From an uncultured Actinomycetota bacterium (GTDB lineage Bacteria; Actinomycetota; Thermoleophilia; RBG-16-64-13), in NCBI GenBank assembly GCA_963701105.1, contig OY969565.1, forward strand, positions 583,429 to 647,428: DNA of 64,000 nucleotides, read 5' to 3'. The translations under genes and the position numbers were made by a program. Position 1 is the stretch's first letter, and each line of letters starts with the position of its first letter. The notes below the pieces were generated by a model. That model worked only from the letters and a program-made list of their open reading frames with translations, was not told the DNA's origin and made no database searches. This document shows positions 38,250-47,155 of this stretch, in pieces.

Positions 38250-40868
38250 TCAGGCGCTCAGACTCGCGAGAAGACGCGAGCGCACCGACTGCAGCCCTTC
38301 GGCCAGTCGGGCCGGGTCGCCGCCGCCGCCGCGACCCAGAGTGGCGTTCCCGCCGCCCCCGCCGCCGATCTCGTTGGCCAGGTCCTTGATGAGGTCTCCG
38401 GCATTCGCACCGTCGACGCCCTTGGTGACCGCGGCGGCAGCCAGCACCTTGCCGTCCGAAACACCGGCGAGAAGGACGACCGCTGGGGCGAGTCGGTCGC
38501 GGACCTGGTCGAGCAGGGCAAGCAGGTGATCGTTGTCTCTGACATCGACCTGCGTGACAGCGACGTTGACGTCGCCGGCCGCGACTGCGCTCTCCAACAC
38601 CGTCGACGCGAGGTCAGAGGATTTCCCAGCGAGGAGGCCGGCGACCTCCCCTTTGAGCCTGGTCACCTGGTCCTGCAGTCGCTGCACGGCCGGAAGCAGG
38701 GCGTCTTCTTGGACGGCCAACAGTCGGGCGGCGGTGGATACCGCTTCATCCCGGGCGCGGTAGTACTCGACCGCCCGGCGACCGGTCACGGCCTCTATGC
38801 GGCGGACGTTGGCGCCCACGCTCCCTTCGGAGAGGATCTTGAAGATGCCGATCTCACTGGTGGCCGCCACGTGGGTGCCCCCGCAGAGTTCGCGGCTGAA
38901 GTCGTCGACCTCCACCACCCGCACGAAATCCTCGTATTTCTCCCCGAACAACGCGGTCGCGCCCAGGTCCCGCGCGTGTTCGATACTCGTGGTGAAGGTC
39001 CGCACCGGATGGTTCTCGACGATCTTGCGGTTCACGATCTCCTCCACCTCGGCAAGGCGGACGGGACCCAAGGGCTCATGGTAGGCGAAGTCGAAGCGGA
39101 ACTTGTCGGCCCGCACGGAGGATCCGGCCTGCGTCACGTCCTTGCCCAGGGTGGCACGGAGGGCATAGTGGAGAAGGTGTGTACCTGTGTGGTTGGCGGC
39201 CACGGAGTGACGATGCGCCGAGGATATGACCGCCTTGGCTCTGTCACCTACCTGGAGCGTGCCGTCCAACAGACGTCCCACGATCACCTGGACCGCGCCG
39301 TGGTGTTGCACATCCCGCACCTCGGCACGGCCGGTGTCGGTCTCGACCCAGCCTATGTCTGCCGCCTGACCCCCACCTTCCGCGTAGAAAGGGCTCTCGC
39401 GAAGGGTGAGGACAACATAGCCGTCCTCGGCCTCCTCCAGCCCGTCGATGACTGTGAAGACCTCGTCCTGCGAATACCCCACGAACTCAGTGGGATGCTC
39501 TGACTCACGGGCCAAGCGGATGGCTGCCTCCTGCAACGAGTCATGGTCCTTGCCGGTGGCGCGCGCCCGAGCCCTCTGCTCCTCCATGGCGGTGTCGAAG
39601 CCCTGCGTGTCGAGCGAAAGACCTCTCTCTTCGACGATCTCCCGAGTGACCTCGACCGGGAAGCCGTAGGTGTCATGCAGGGCGAAAGCCGCCTTACCGG
39701 GGAAGACCGCGGCACCGGCTTCCTGAGCCCGTTTGATCTCCTCGTCCAAGAGGACGAGCCCCTGGTCGAGCGTTCGGTTGAAGCGCTCTTCTTCCGAATT
39801 GACGATCCGCAAGATCGTCTCCCGCCGTTCGTGCAGTTCCGGGTAAGCGTCGCCGAGAAGATCGATGTTCCGCTCGGCGAACCGTCCCAAGAAGGGGGGC
39901 TTCATCTCCACGTCACGGCTGAATCGAGCCGCCCGGCGGATGACCCGCCGCAGCACGTATCCCCTACCTTCGTTGCCCGGCAGAACGCCGTCGGCGATCA
40001 GGAACGACATGGAGCGGGCGTGGTCTGCTAGCACCCGGAGGGCGGTGTCGGCCCTGTCGGACTCTCCGTACTTGAGTCCGGAGATCTCCTCTCCCAGTTC
40101 TATGAGGGGATAGAAGGAGTCGGTCTGGAACACTGAATCAACGCCCTGCATGAGCGCCGCTATGCGCTCGAGACCCATGCCCGTGTCGATGTTCTTCGAT
40201 GGCAGCGGGGTGAGCCGACCATGTTCGTCCATGTTGTACTGCATGAACACGAGGTTCCAATACTCGAGGAACCTGTCGCAATCGCAACCCGGTTTGCAGT
40301 CGGGATCACCGCACCCCTTGTCCTCTCCGCGGTCGTAGTAGAGTTCGGAGCACGGCCCGCAGGGCCCGGTGGGTCCGGGCGGGCCCCAGAAGTTCTCGCT
40401 GCGCGGAAGAGCCACCATGCGTTCGCGCGGGACGCCCATCTGCTCCCAGTGGCCCATGGCCTCTTCGTCGGGCTCGACCTGTGCATCACCTTCGAACACC
40501 GAGACCCAGATCTTGTCCGGGTCGAGCCCGAGTCGCTGGGTGGAGAGCTCGTACCCGAACCGTATGGCCCCCTCCTTGAAGTAGTCCCCCACCGAGAAGT
40601 TGCCGAGCATCTCGAAGAAGGTGCAATGGCGGGCCGTGAAGCCGACGCGATCGATGTCGGTGGTCCTGAAACACTTCTGTACGCTCGTCATGCGGGTTGC
40701 CGGGGGTTCGGCCATGCCCAAGAAGAACGGTTTGAACGGCTGCATACCGGCCGTGGTGAGCAGCACCGACGGATCCCGGTACGGCACGAGCGAAGCGCTG
40801 GGCATCAGCAAGTGCCCGTTCTCCACGAAGTAATCCAAGAACAGTTTTCGAAGATCGACTGTCTTCAC
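38250..40868 (-). CDS. alaS: Alanine--tRNA ligase
   Basis: AGMQPFKP, RHCTFFEMLGNFS, GPCGPCSE, DTGMGLER, HTGTHLLH, ELCGGTH. Confidence 0.97.
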   Translation of the reverse strand: MKTVDLRKLFLDYFVENGHLLMPSASLVPYRDPSVLLTTAGMQPFKPFFLGMAEPPATRMTSVQKCFRTTDIDRVGFTARHCTFFEMLGNFSVGDYFKEGAIRFGYELSTQRLGLDPDKIWVSVFEGDAQVEPDEEAMGHWEQMGVPRERMVALPRSENFWGPPGPTGPCGPCSELYYDRGEDKGCGDPDCKPGCDCDRFLEYWNLVFMQYNMDEHGRLTPLPSKNIDTGMGLERIAALMQGVDSVFQTDSFYPLIELGEEISGLKYGESDRADTALRVLADHARSMSFLIADGVLPGNEGRGYVLRRVIRRAARFSRDVEMKPPFLGRFAERNIDLLGDAYPELHERRETILRIVNSEEERFNRTLDQGLVLLDEEIKRAQEAGAAVFPGKAAFALHDTYGFPVEVTREIVEERGLSLDTQGFDTAMEEQRARARATGKDHDSLQEAAIRLARESEHPTEFVGYSQDEVFTVIDGLEEAEDGYVVLTLRESPFYAEGGGQAADIGWVETDTGRAEVRDVQHHGAVQVIVGRLLDGTLQVGDRAKAVISSAHRHSVAANHTGTHLLHYALRATLGKDVTQAGSSVRADKFRFDFAYHEPLGPVRLAEVEEIVNRKIVENHPVRTFTTSIEHARDLGATALFGEKYEDFVRVVEVDDFSRELCGGTHVAATSEIGIFKILSEGSVGANVRRIEAVTGRRAVEYYRARDEAVSTAARLLAVQEDALLPAVQRLQDQVTRLKGEVAGLLAGKSSDLASTVLESAVAAGDVNVAVTQVDVRDNDHLLALLDQVRDRLAPAVVLLAGVSDGKVLAAAAVTKGVDGANAGDLIKDLANEIGGGGGGNATLGRGGGGDPARLAEGLQSVRSRLLASLSA

Positions 40869-40922
40869 GCACGACCTCTTCCCGGTAAGGTGCTTCGGAG
40901 CCCCATCGGCCCCGGTCTACTG

Positions 40923-41744
40923 CTAATTCGTGGGCGATCCGCTCTCGCCCTGGTCCCTCATCATCTGACGAAGCATGTCTATCGACTTGCGGATCAGGCG
41001 GGAGACATGCATCTGGGATATCCCCACGCGGGCGGCGATCTGGGTCTGAGTCATCCCCTCGAAGAAGCGGAGATGCAGTATGAGACGCTCCCGTTCGTCG
41101 AGTTGGCTCATGACCGGCGCCAGGTAGCGTCGCTGCTCGACCAGCTCGTACTCCGGTTCTTCTCGCCCCAGGTAGTCGAGCAGTTCGAGTGAATCCTCGT
41201 CGTCGGACGCCCCACTGGAGAACAGTGAAAGTGAGTTGTATGCGCGTCCGCTCTCAAGTGCCTCGAGCACTTCCTCCTCTGTCACCTCGCAGGCCACGGC
41301 CAATTCAGCGATGGTGGGTGAGCGGTTCAGCTCCACCGTCAACTGCTCCATGACCTTGTTCAGGCGGATATTGAGGTCTTGTAGAGCCCTGGGCACCTTG
41401 ACCGCCCAGCCTTTGTCCCGGAAGTATCGCTTTATCTCTCCGAGGATGGTGGGAGTGGCGTACGTCGACAGCTCTACGCCGCGGTCGATGTCGAACCGGT
41501 CGATGGCCTTGATCAGCCCGATAGACCCCACTTGGATGAGGTCTTCTACCGGCTGCCCCCTGGAGGCGAAGCGACGAGCGAGGCTTCTGACCAAGGGTAG
41601 GTAGCGCGTGATGAGTTCGTCTCGCGCCGCCGTGTCGGTCTCGCGGTGGACACGTCGCAGCAGTTCTTTCTCGGGGACCGTGTTGATGGGCTCCGAGAAG
41701 AGCGCGGTGCGGGCGTTATGCTTGACGGACCCGGCTTCGGTCAT
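40923..41744 (-). CDS. SigB/SigF-type stress sigma factor
   Basis: EDLIQVGSIGLIKAIDRFD, TYATPTILGEIKRYFRDKGW..VPR, TQTQIA.RVGISQMHVSRL. Confidence 0.95.
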   Translation of the reverse strand: MTEAGSVKHNARTALFSEPINTVPEKELLRRVHRETDTAARDELITRYLPLVRSLARRFASRGQPVEDLIQVGSIGLIKAIDRFDIDRGVELSTYATPTILGEIKRYFRDKGWAVKVPRALQDLNIRLNKVMEQLTVELNRSPTIAELAVACEVTEEEVLEALESGRAYNSLSLFSSGASDDEDSLELLDYLGREEPEYELVEQRRYLAPVMSQLDERERLILHLRFFEGMTQTQIAARVGISQMHVSRLIRKSIDMLRQMMRDQGESGSPTN

Positions 41745-41748
41745 TCGA

Positions 41749-42153
41749 TTAGCCGGTCAGCTTTCGCAGCACGACTGCATATGATCCATCTTCGAAGTCG
41801 CGCACAGTGTAGTCGTCGACCAACGAGCGGAGGATCATGCAGACATCCAGGCATCTGTCGGCGGCTCCCGCCGGCACCGCCCCCTGAACGAGCGTGTCGC
41901 GCAAGTCCTGCTGAGTGAGCGGGCTCAAGCGTATGTCCAGCCCTTCGTCTCGCAGTTCCACGGACATTGAGATCTCTCCCCCCCCAGGCTTCTCGTCGAT
42001 CAGGACGCTGTCAACGGCGAGTTGTAGATCGTCAAGAGCCTCGAACGACAGATTCCGGCGCAGAGCGATACCCCCGAGGATCATGCTGAAGAGAGGCAGT
42101 AGATCCGCGTCGTGCGGGATGGTCAGGGAGACTGTGTGAGTGGTCACGCCCAT
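41749..42153 (-). CDS. Degenerate RsbW-like anti-sigma factor
   Basis: VSLTIP, LDDLQLAV, MILRSLVDD, V.LRK; immediately upstream of the sigma gene; kinase N/G boxes not conserved. Confidence 0.65.
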   Translation of the reverse strand: MGVTTHTVSLTIPHDADLLPLFSMILGGIALRRNLSFEALDDLQLAVDSVLIDEKPGGGEISMSVELRDEGLDIRLSPLTQQDLRDTLVQGAVPAGAADRCLDVCMILRSLVDDYTVRDFEDGSYAVVLRKLTG

Positions 42154-42180
42154 ACGGCCGAAGGGTCTGACCCCGTGGGC

Positions 42181-42429
42181 TCAGGCTTGCTCGCCGAGGC
42201 GCTTCTCGATCTCGGCCTGCTTCTGCGCGGCTGCGGTGCGGCCGGCATCGTAGGCCTCCCTGCCGCGGGCCAAGACCTCTTCCGCATAGCGCTCGGCCTC
42301 AGCCGGCACTTCGTTCAGAGCCTCGGTGAAGCTCTTGCCCGTCTCCCGAGAGATCTTGTGAGCCAAGGCGGCCGCGGTGCCTATTGTGGCGGCAACGCCG
42401 AGGGTGAGCCCGAAAGTGAATCTACCCAT
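42181..42429 (-). CDS. YtxH-like general stress protein
   Basis: N-terminal hydrophobic GRFTFGLTLGVAA followed by a charged helix; follows a DUF948 gene. Confidence 0.55.
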   Translation of the reverse strand: MGRFTFGLTLGVAATIGTAAALAHKISRETGKSFTEALNEVPAEAERYAEEVLARGREAYDAGRTAAAQKQAEIEKRLGEQA

Positions 42430-42803
42430 CACTGTTCCTTTCGACGACCGGCTATGAAGGATGACACCGCTTCGCTCACACCCGCCGATACGCCGGCCAT
42501 CTTCTTCACCGGCGACGATATCGCGCTCTGTACGGCAGACGTGGTGTTCTGTATCGCCCCGGTCACGTGCACCACAGACCCGGTGATCTCGTCGATCTTG
42601 CCCAGTTCAGAGTTGACTTCGTCCACCGTCGTCTGCAGCCGAGACAGTATGGGAACGAATTCTTTCGTCATGTCCCCCAACATCGCGGCGATCTCTTTGA
42701 ACACGGCGGCCAAGCGCACGAGCGCGTATGTGAGACCGACGGCGAACGCGAGGAAGAAAAGGCCGATGGCGATCTTCATGAACGCTGCCGCATCCCACTC
42801 CAT
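42429..42803 (-). CDS. DUF948 (YtxG/YoxC-like) protein
   Basis: TM helix + heptad helix TTVDEVNSELGKIDEIT...SPVKKMAG. Confidence 0.7.
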   Translation of the reverse strand: MEWDAAAFMKIAIGLFFLAFAVGLTYALVRLAAVFKEIAAMLGDMTKEFVPILSRLQTTVDEVNSELGKIDEITGSVVHVTGAIQNTTSAVQSAISSPVKKMAGVSAGVSEAVSSFIAGRRKEQ

Positions 42804-42846
42804 TGACGCTCCCTTCTCCGCACCACTGTTCCACGTGACGGTCACC

Positions 42847-42872
42847 ATACCCGCGTTCTGCACGATTACAAC
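42847..42872 (-). promoter_or_regulatory. SigB/SigF-type promoter
   Basis: Minus strand GTTGTA-14 bp-GGGTAT upstream of the DUF948-ytxH-rsbW-sigma operon; overlaps an extended -10 TGcTATAGT. Confidence 0.6.
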
Positions 42873-42880
42873 TATAGCAT

Positions 42881-43009
42881 AGGCCTCGTGGAGCCCAGCC
42901 TTGCGGGCAAAGGGCCCTAGAGTCCAGCCTTGGGGCTTAAGGCCTCGTGCGGGCCGGCTTTGCGGGCAGAGACCCAGGAGAGGCCCAGGGAGCCCGGCCT
43001 TGAGGCAGC
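42881..43009. repeat. About four degenerate 29-30-bp tandem units (GGCC..GAGCCCAGCCTTG.GG)
   Basis: Units begin near 42881, 42911, 42940 and 42981. Confidence 0.6.
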
Positions 43010-43010
43010 T

Positions 43011-44540
43011 TCAGCCTGTACCTGAGGTTTGTGGTGCTCCCGCGCGCGCCGTCCTATGGATGACTCCGGCGAGGACGACCCGATCTCCCTCGAACACCAC
43101 TCCCGTCTGTCCCCTCGCTACCCCGACGACCGCGGACTTCAGTCGGAGGATGAGCCCCGAAGCGGTGTGTTCCAAGTGGGCCGGGACCGTGAGTCCGCTG
43201 GAGCGCAACTGGGCGGTGAGGTCCTCTTCATCCTCAACCGCCGATTGCCACACCACGTCGCGGAGTACGACCTCATCCACAAGGAGGTCTTCCCTCGGCC
43301 CGACCACTACCACGCCGCCGGCACGGATGTCGGACACGTACACGGGGTCGCCCATCGCCAGCCCCAGACCTTTGCGCTGGCCGATCGTGAAGCGGTAGGC
43401 CCCCTCGTGCGTGCCCAAATGTCTGCCCTCCCGATCGATGATCGGACCGCGCGCCACCCCCAGCCGTTCGCTGAGGAACCGCCGGTAGTCGTCATCGGGG
43501 ATGAAACAGATCTCCTGACTCTCTTCTGCATCGTGGACTTCGAGGCCGGCAGCCTTGGCCAGCTGCCTTACTTCGGGCTTCGAGAATGCGCCCAACGGGA
43601 ACTCGACCCGCTCCAGGAGTTCCGGGGCGACCCTGGCCAAGACGTACGCTTGGTCTTTCGCCGGGTCGGCCGCCCGATGCAGACGCCGTGGCGTCCCGAG
43701 GAGCAGAGCGTAGTGGCCGGTGGCCACCCTGTCGATGCCGAGCCGGTCGGAAAGCTCGACGAGGGCCGAGAAACGGAGCATGTAGTTACAGGCCACGCAC
43801 GGATTGGGAGTGCGGGCGGCCGCATATTCCTTGACGAAGTCATCCACCACCGTGCGGTGGAAATCGTCGGTGAGATCGACGGTCACGTGCGGCATACCCA
43901 GTGCGTGAGCCACGCGTCGGGCGCGCAGCACGGTCTCGGGACTACAGCATCCCGCACCGACGGAACAGCTCGGGTCGCTCCACAGTCGGAAGGTGACACC
44001 GACCGGCTGCAGGCCTTCTCTCCTCAGCAACAGCGCTGCGACCGAGCTGTCGACCCCGCCACTCATAGCCACCAGCACCGTCTTCGGTCTGCTCAGACCC
44101 GGACGAGACAGTGGCGCCGCCGGGCCAGACAGCGATGCCCGCCCTCGCACCCAATCCTCGAGGGCGTTATGCAGCGCATCGGCGGCCACCTCGGAACACG
44201 CCCGCTTCTGATCGGGCAGCGCCAGTTCATCGGCGATGGACTCGTGACCTAGGCGGGCCGCCTCCACGAGGTCACAACCGGGGAGTCGGGACACGATCTC
44301 GGCCGCGGCGGCGATCGTCGCCGGGCAGCCGAAGGCCTGGAAGCGCGCGTCGACGATGACTCCCGCTTCCACACGGAGTCGGATGTGGACGAGGTCTCCG
44401 CAGGATTGAGAACCGGCCCTGCCTTCAGCGTCGGGGGCATCCAGTGTTCCAGCATGGGGTGCAGACTGCAGATGGGCTAGGACACGGGGAGAATAGCGAC
44501 GCGAGTGACCGGAGGACTGCCGTGGCTGAGTCATGCTCAC
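43011..44540 (-). CDS. mnmA: NifU/IscU-like domain fused to tRNA 2-thiouridylase MnmA
   Basis: N-terminal SCGD, FGC, KRAC; then AMSGGVDSSV, GCC, TPNPCVACN, ATGHY, KDQAY, ESQEICF, TIGQRKG, GQ. Confidence 0.9.
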   Translation of the reverse strand: MSMTQPRQSSGHSRRYSPRVLAHLQSAPHAGTLDAPDAEGRAGSQSCGDLVHIRLRVEAGVIVDARFQAFGCPATIAAAAEIVSRLPGCDLVEAARLGHESIADELALPDQKRACSEVAADALHNALEDWVRGRASLSGPAAPLSRPGLSRPKTVLVAMSGGVDSSVAALLLRREGLQPVGVTFRLWSDPSCSVGAGCCSPETVLRARRVAHALGMPHVTVDLTDDFHRTVVDDFVKEYAAARTPNPCVACNYMLRFSALVELSDRLGIDRVATGHYALLLGTPRRLHRAADPAKDQAYVLARVAPELLERVEFPLGAFSKPEVRQLAKAAGLEVHDAEESQEICFIPDDDYRRFLSERLGVARGPIIDREGRHLGTHEGAYRFTIGQRKGLGLAMGDPVYVSDIRAGGVVVVGPREDLLVDEVVLRDVVWQSAVEDEEDLTAQLRSSGLTVPAHLEHTASGLILRLKSAVVGVARGQTGVVFEGDRVVLAGVIHRTARAGAPQTSGTG

Positions 44541-44612
44541 GCTCCCCCGGAACGCGACGGGCCGGCTCCGCAGCCGGCCCGCACCCGGAACGTAGCCCGT
44601 GTCGGCCGGAGG

Positions 44613-45134
44613 CTAGCGGATGTTCGCGACGTGTTGGTTGAGCGTGCCTTCGTCGGCGTAGCCACTCGTGACACCCTGTATGACCCCGTTAGAGTCGATG
44701 AACGCCACCTGAGGCGGGTAGTCCACCTGGAGTTGCACCGCGAGGTCGCCATAGGCGGCCGGAGTCTTGTAGTCGTACTTGTAGAAATCGACATCAGAGA
44801 ATCGTACCGCCAACTTGTCGAGCTCATCGAGCACCACAGAGTCGTCCGTGCCGCCGGTGACGTAGAAGGCCACCACCATGGGCATGTGCTGCTCGAGGCC
44901 TGTGCGCACATCTTCCGGCGTGTCGTCGCTCGCGACGAGTTCGGTCCCCACGAGCTCGGAGAAGGCCTTACCCGGTAGGGTGGTCACTGTCGTGACGGGG
45001 GGTGGAGCGAGCGTGGTAGACGTGTCGTCTGCAGTGCCACCGCCTCCCCCGCATCCCGCGAACAACATCGCCGCTGCGATGAAGGCGGTCAGGAACGAGA
45101 CCTTGAGCGCCGTTGCCCTACGATGTCGTTGCAT
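44613..45134 (-). CDS. Lipoprotein with a possible thioredoxin-like fold lacking CxxC
   Basis: Lipobox LFAG-C, Thr/Pro linker, PMVVAFY...YPPQVAFIDSNG..SGY; SD GGAGG. Confidence 0.65.
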   Translation of the reverse strand: MQRHRRATALKVSFLTAFIAAAMLFAGCGGGGGTADDTSTTLAPPPVTTVTTLPGKAFSELVGTELVASDDTPEDVRTGLEQHMPMVVAFYVTGGTDDSVVLDELDKLAVRFSDVDFYKYDYKTPAAYGDLAVQLQVDYPPQVAFIDSNGVIQGVTSGYADEGTLNQHVANIR

Positions 45135-45156
45135 GGTTTCCCTCCGGGGAAAAGAA

Positions 45157-45306
45157 ATGCTCCACCTTGCCGTGTCTACTTATCCCTTGAACCTGCGATA
45201 GCAGGTGGGTGACTGTCCCCGGTGAGCTGAGCTGACCGAGAGAACGCGCCTCCCAAGGAGAATGTGTTGGCTCAAGTTCGAGCAGATCACGCACAAGGTC
45301 GAGCAC
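45157..45306 (-). ncRNA. ssrS: 6S RNA (SsrS)
   Basis: 5' TGCTC-ACCTTG-CGTG-TCTGCT pairs with 3' AGTAGA-CACG-CAAGGT-GAGCA; CTTGAGCC/GGTTCAAG stem, central bubble AACACATT, GGGAG..CCCACCTG; downstream of aspS as in Firmicutes. Confidence 0.85.
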
Positions 45307-45310
45307 GTCA

Positions 45311-45339
45311 ACTGTACCACAGCCATATTTGTTCGACAA
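45311..45339 (-). promoter_or_regulatory. Sigma70 promoter of 6S RNA
   Basis: Minus strand TTGTCG-17 bp-TACAGT with TG extension. Confidence 0.65.
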
Positions 45340-45400
45340 AAGGTCCAGGGTCCCTGCCGGCGCGCGCCGGCCCCCCATGTATATGCGGTGCGTCACCACC

Positions 45401-47155
45401 TCACCTAACCTTGATGTGCAGCTCGTCGAGCTGTTGACGGGAGACTTCAGAAGGCGCCGATGTAAGGGGACAGGAACCGCTCTGCGTCTTCGGGAACGGA
45501 ATGACCTCGCGTATAGAGGTCTCCCCCGCCATGAGCATCACGAAGCGATCCAGACCCAGTGCCATGCCCCCGTGGGGCGGCATGCCGTAGTCCATGGCTT
45601 CCACCAGGAAGCCGAACTTGGCGGCGATCTCTTCGTCGCCCAGGCCGAGGGCCCGGAACACCGCGCGCTGCAGAGCAGGCTGGGAGATGCGGATGGAACC
45701 GCTGCCGAGCTCGACCCCGTTCAACACCAGATCGTAGGCTTCTGTGCCCAGGCTGAGCGGTCGTTCCGCCAGTTCCTCCGGATCCGTGACCCGAGGCTTC
45801 GTAAAGGGGTGGTGCTGGGCCTTGAGCCGTCCCTCGTGCTCGTCGAACTCGAACATCGGCGGGTCGACCACCCACAGGAAGTCCCACCCTTCACGGGGGA
45901 TCTCGAGTCGATCGGCGAGCTTCAATCGCAAGGCGCCGAGGGCGGATTCCACGACCGACAGCTTGTCCGCGACGAACAACAGGAGGTCGCCCGGCTGCGC
46001 CTCGAGCCGGGCGACCAGCGCAGCCGTGACTTCCTCGCCGAGGAACTTGGCGATGGGCGATCTGAGGCCGCTCTCTTCCACCCAGATGGGAGCGACGCCC
46101 CGCGCGCCGTATACCGCCGCGTCCTGGGTCAGTTCATCCACGTCTTTGCGGGAGAAGCCTGCGGCACCCCTGGCCCGCAGGCCGCGGACGGCTCCGCCCG
46201 CAGCGAGGGCATCGGCGAACACCTTGAACTCGACACCTGAGACAAGATCGGACACGTCGACGATCTCCATGCCGAAGCGGGTGTCGGGTTTGTCGCTCCC
46301 GTAGCGGAGCATGGATTCGCCGTAGGTGAGGCGGGGGAACGGCCGCGGTAGATCTACCTGCAAAGCCTCGGAGAAGACGTGACACACCATGCCTTCGATG
46401 AGGTCCTGGACGTCGGCCTCGGCGGCAAAGCTCATCTCCACGTCTATCTGCGTGTGTTCGAGTTGGCGATCGGCCCTCAGGTCTTCGTCTCGGAAGGCGC
46501 GCGCGATCTGGTAGTAGCGCTCGAAGCCCGCCACCATCAAGAGTTGCTTGAAGAGTTGAGGCGATTGGGGCAGGGCATAGAACTCGCCGGCGTGCAGTCG
46601 GCTGGGGACCAGGAAGTCGCGCGCTCCTTCCGGCGTGGACTTGGTCAGGATGGGTGTCTCCAGTTCCACGAAACCCTCGGCCCCCAGGTAGCGACGCACC
46701 GCCTGCGCCACCCTATCCCTCAACATGAGGTTGCGCTGCATGCGTTGCCGGCGCAAATCGATGTACCTATACGTGAGCCTGAGTGTCTCGTCGATAGCGG
46801 CATCATCGTCCGGGAAGAACGGAGGCGTCTTCGACTCAGCCAGAACACGCATGTCGCTCACCATGATCTCCACGGCACCGGTGGGGATCTTGGGGTTGAC
46901 CTGCTCTGGTCCACGAGCGACCACCCGTCCGCTCGCCGAGATCACGTACTCTCCCCGCAGGTCGTGGGCAGCCGCGTGGGCTTCGGGGTGTCGCTCAGGG
47001 TCGAAGACCAGTTGCACCAGTGCGCTCCTATCGCGCAGGTCGATGAACACCAAGCCCCCATGGTCGCGTCGGCGGTGCACCCACCCCGCGACCGTGACCT
47101 CTTGCCCCACTGTCTGTTCACCCACATCGCCACACCAGTGCGTCCTGTACGTCAT
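45401..47155 (-). CDS. aspS: Aspartate--tRNA ligase (probably non-discriminating)
   Basis: RTHWCG, RRRDHGG (His typical of ND-AspRS), STPEGARD, LPQSPQ, FRDED.RADRQ, PPHGG..GLDR. Confidence 0.97.
   Translation of the reverse strand: MTYRTHWCGDVGEQTVGQEVTVAGWVHRRRDHGGLVFIDLRDRSALVQLVFDPERHPEAHAAAHDLRGEYVISASGRVVARGPEQVNPKIPTGAVEIMVSDMRVLAESKTPPFFPDDDAAIDETLRLTYRYIDLRRQRMQRNLMLRDRVAQAVRRYLGAEGFVELETPILTKSTPEGARDFLVPSRLHAGEFYALPQSPQLFKQLLMVAGFERYYQIARAFRDEDLRADRQLEHTQIDVEMSFAAEADVQDLIEGMVCHVFSEALQVDLPRPFPRLTYGESMLRYGSDKPDTRFGMEIVDVSDLVSGVEFKVFADALAAGGAVRGLRARGAAGFSRKDVDELTQDAAVYGARGVAPIWVEESGLRSPIAKFLGEEVTAALVARLEAQPGDLLLFVADKLSVVESALGALRLKLADRLEIPREGWDFLWVVDPPMFEFDEHEGRLKAQHHPFTKPRVTDPEELAERPLSLGTEAYDLVLNGVELGSGSIRISQPALQRAVFRALGLGDEEIAAKFGFLVEAMDYGMPPHGGMALGLDRFVMLMAGETSIREVIPFPKTQSGSCPLTSAPSEVSRQQLDELHIKVR

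Noticed and set aside
37851-39503. Long antisense or alternative-frame ORFs (e.g. 37851-39503, 14399-15778, 50827-52113, 32969-34051)
   Set aside because: Shadow ORFs of well-supported genes in high-GC DNA, with no recognisable motifs
40869-40922. T-box leader for alaS (or for hisS/aspS)
   Set aside because: The intergenic spaces are too short and lack the T-box consensus
42881-43009. CRISPR array
   Set aside because: Units are degenerate and adjacent with no unique spacers, and no cas genes are present; the same applies to the repeats at 373-471 and 5643-5696
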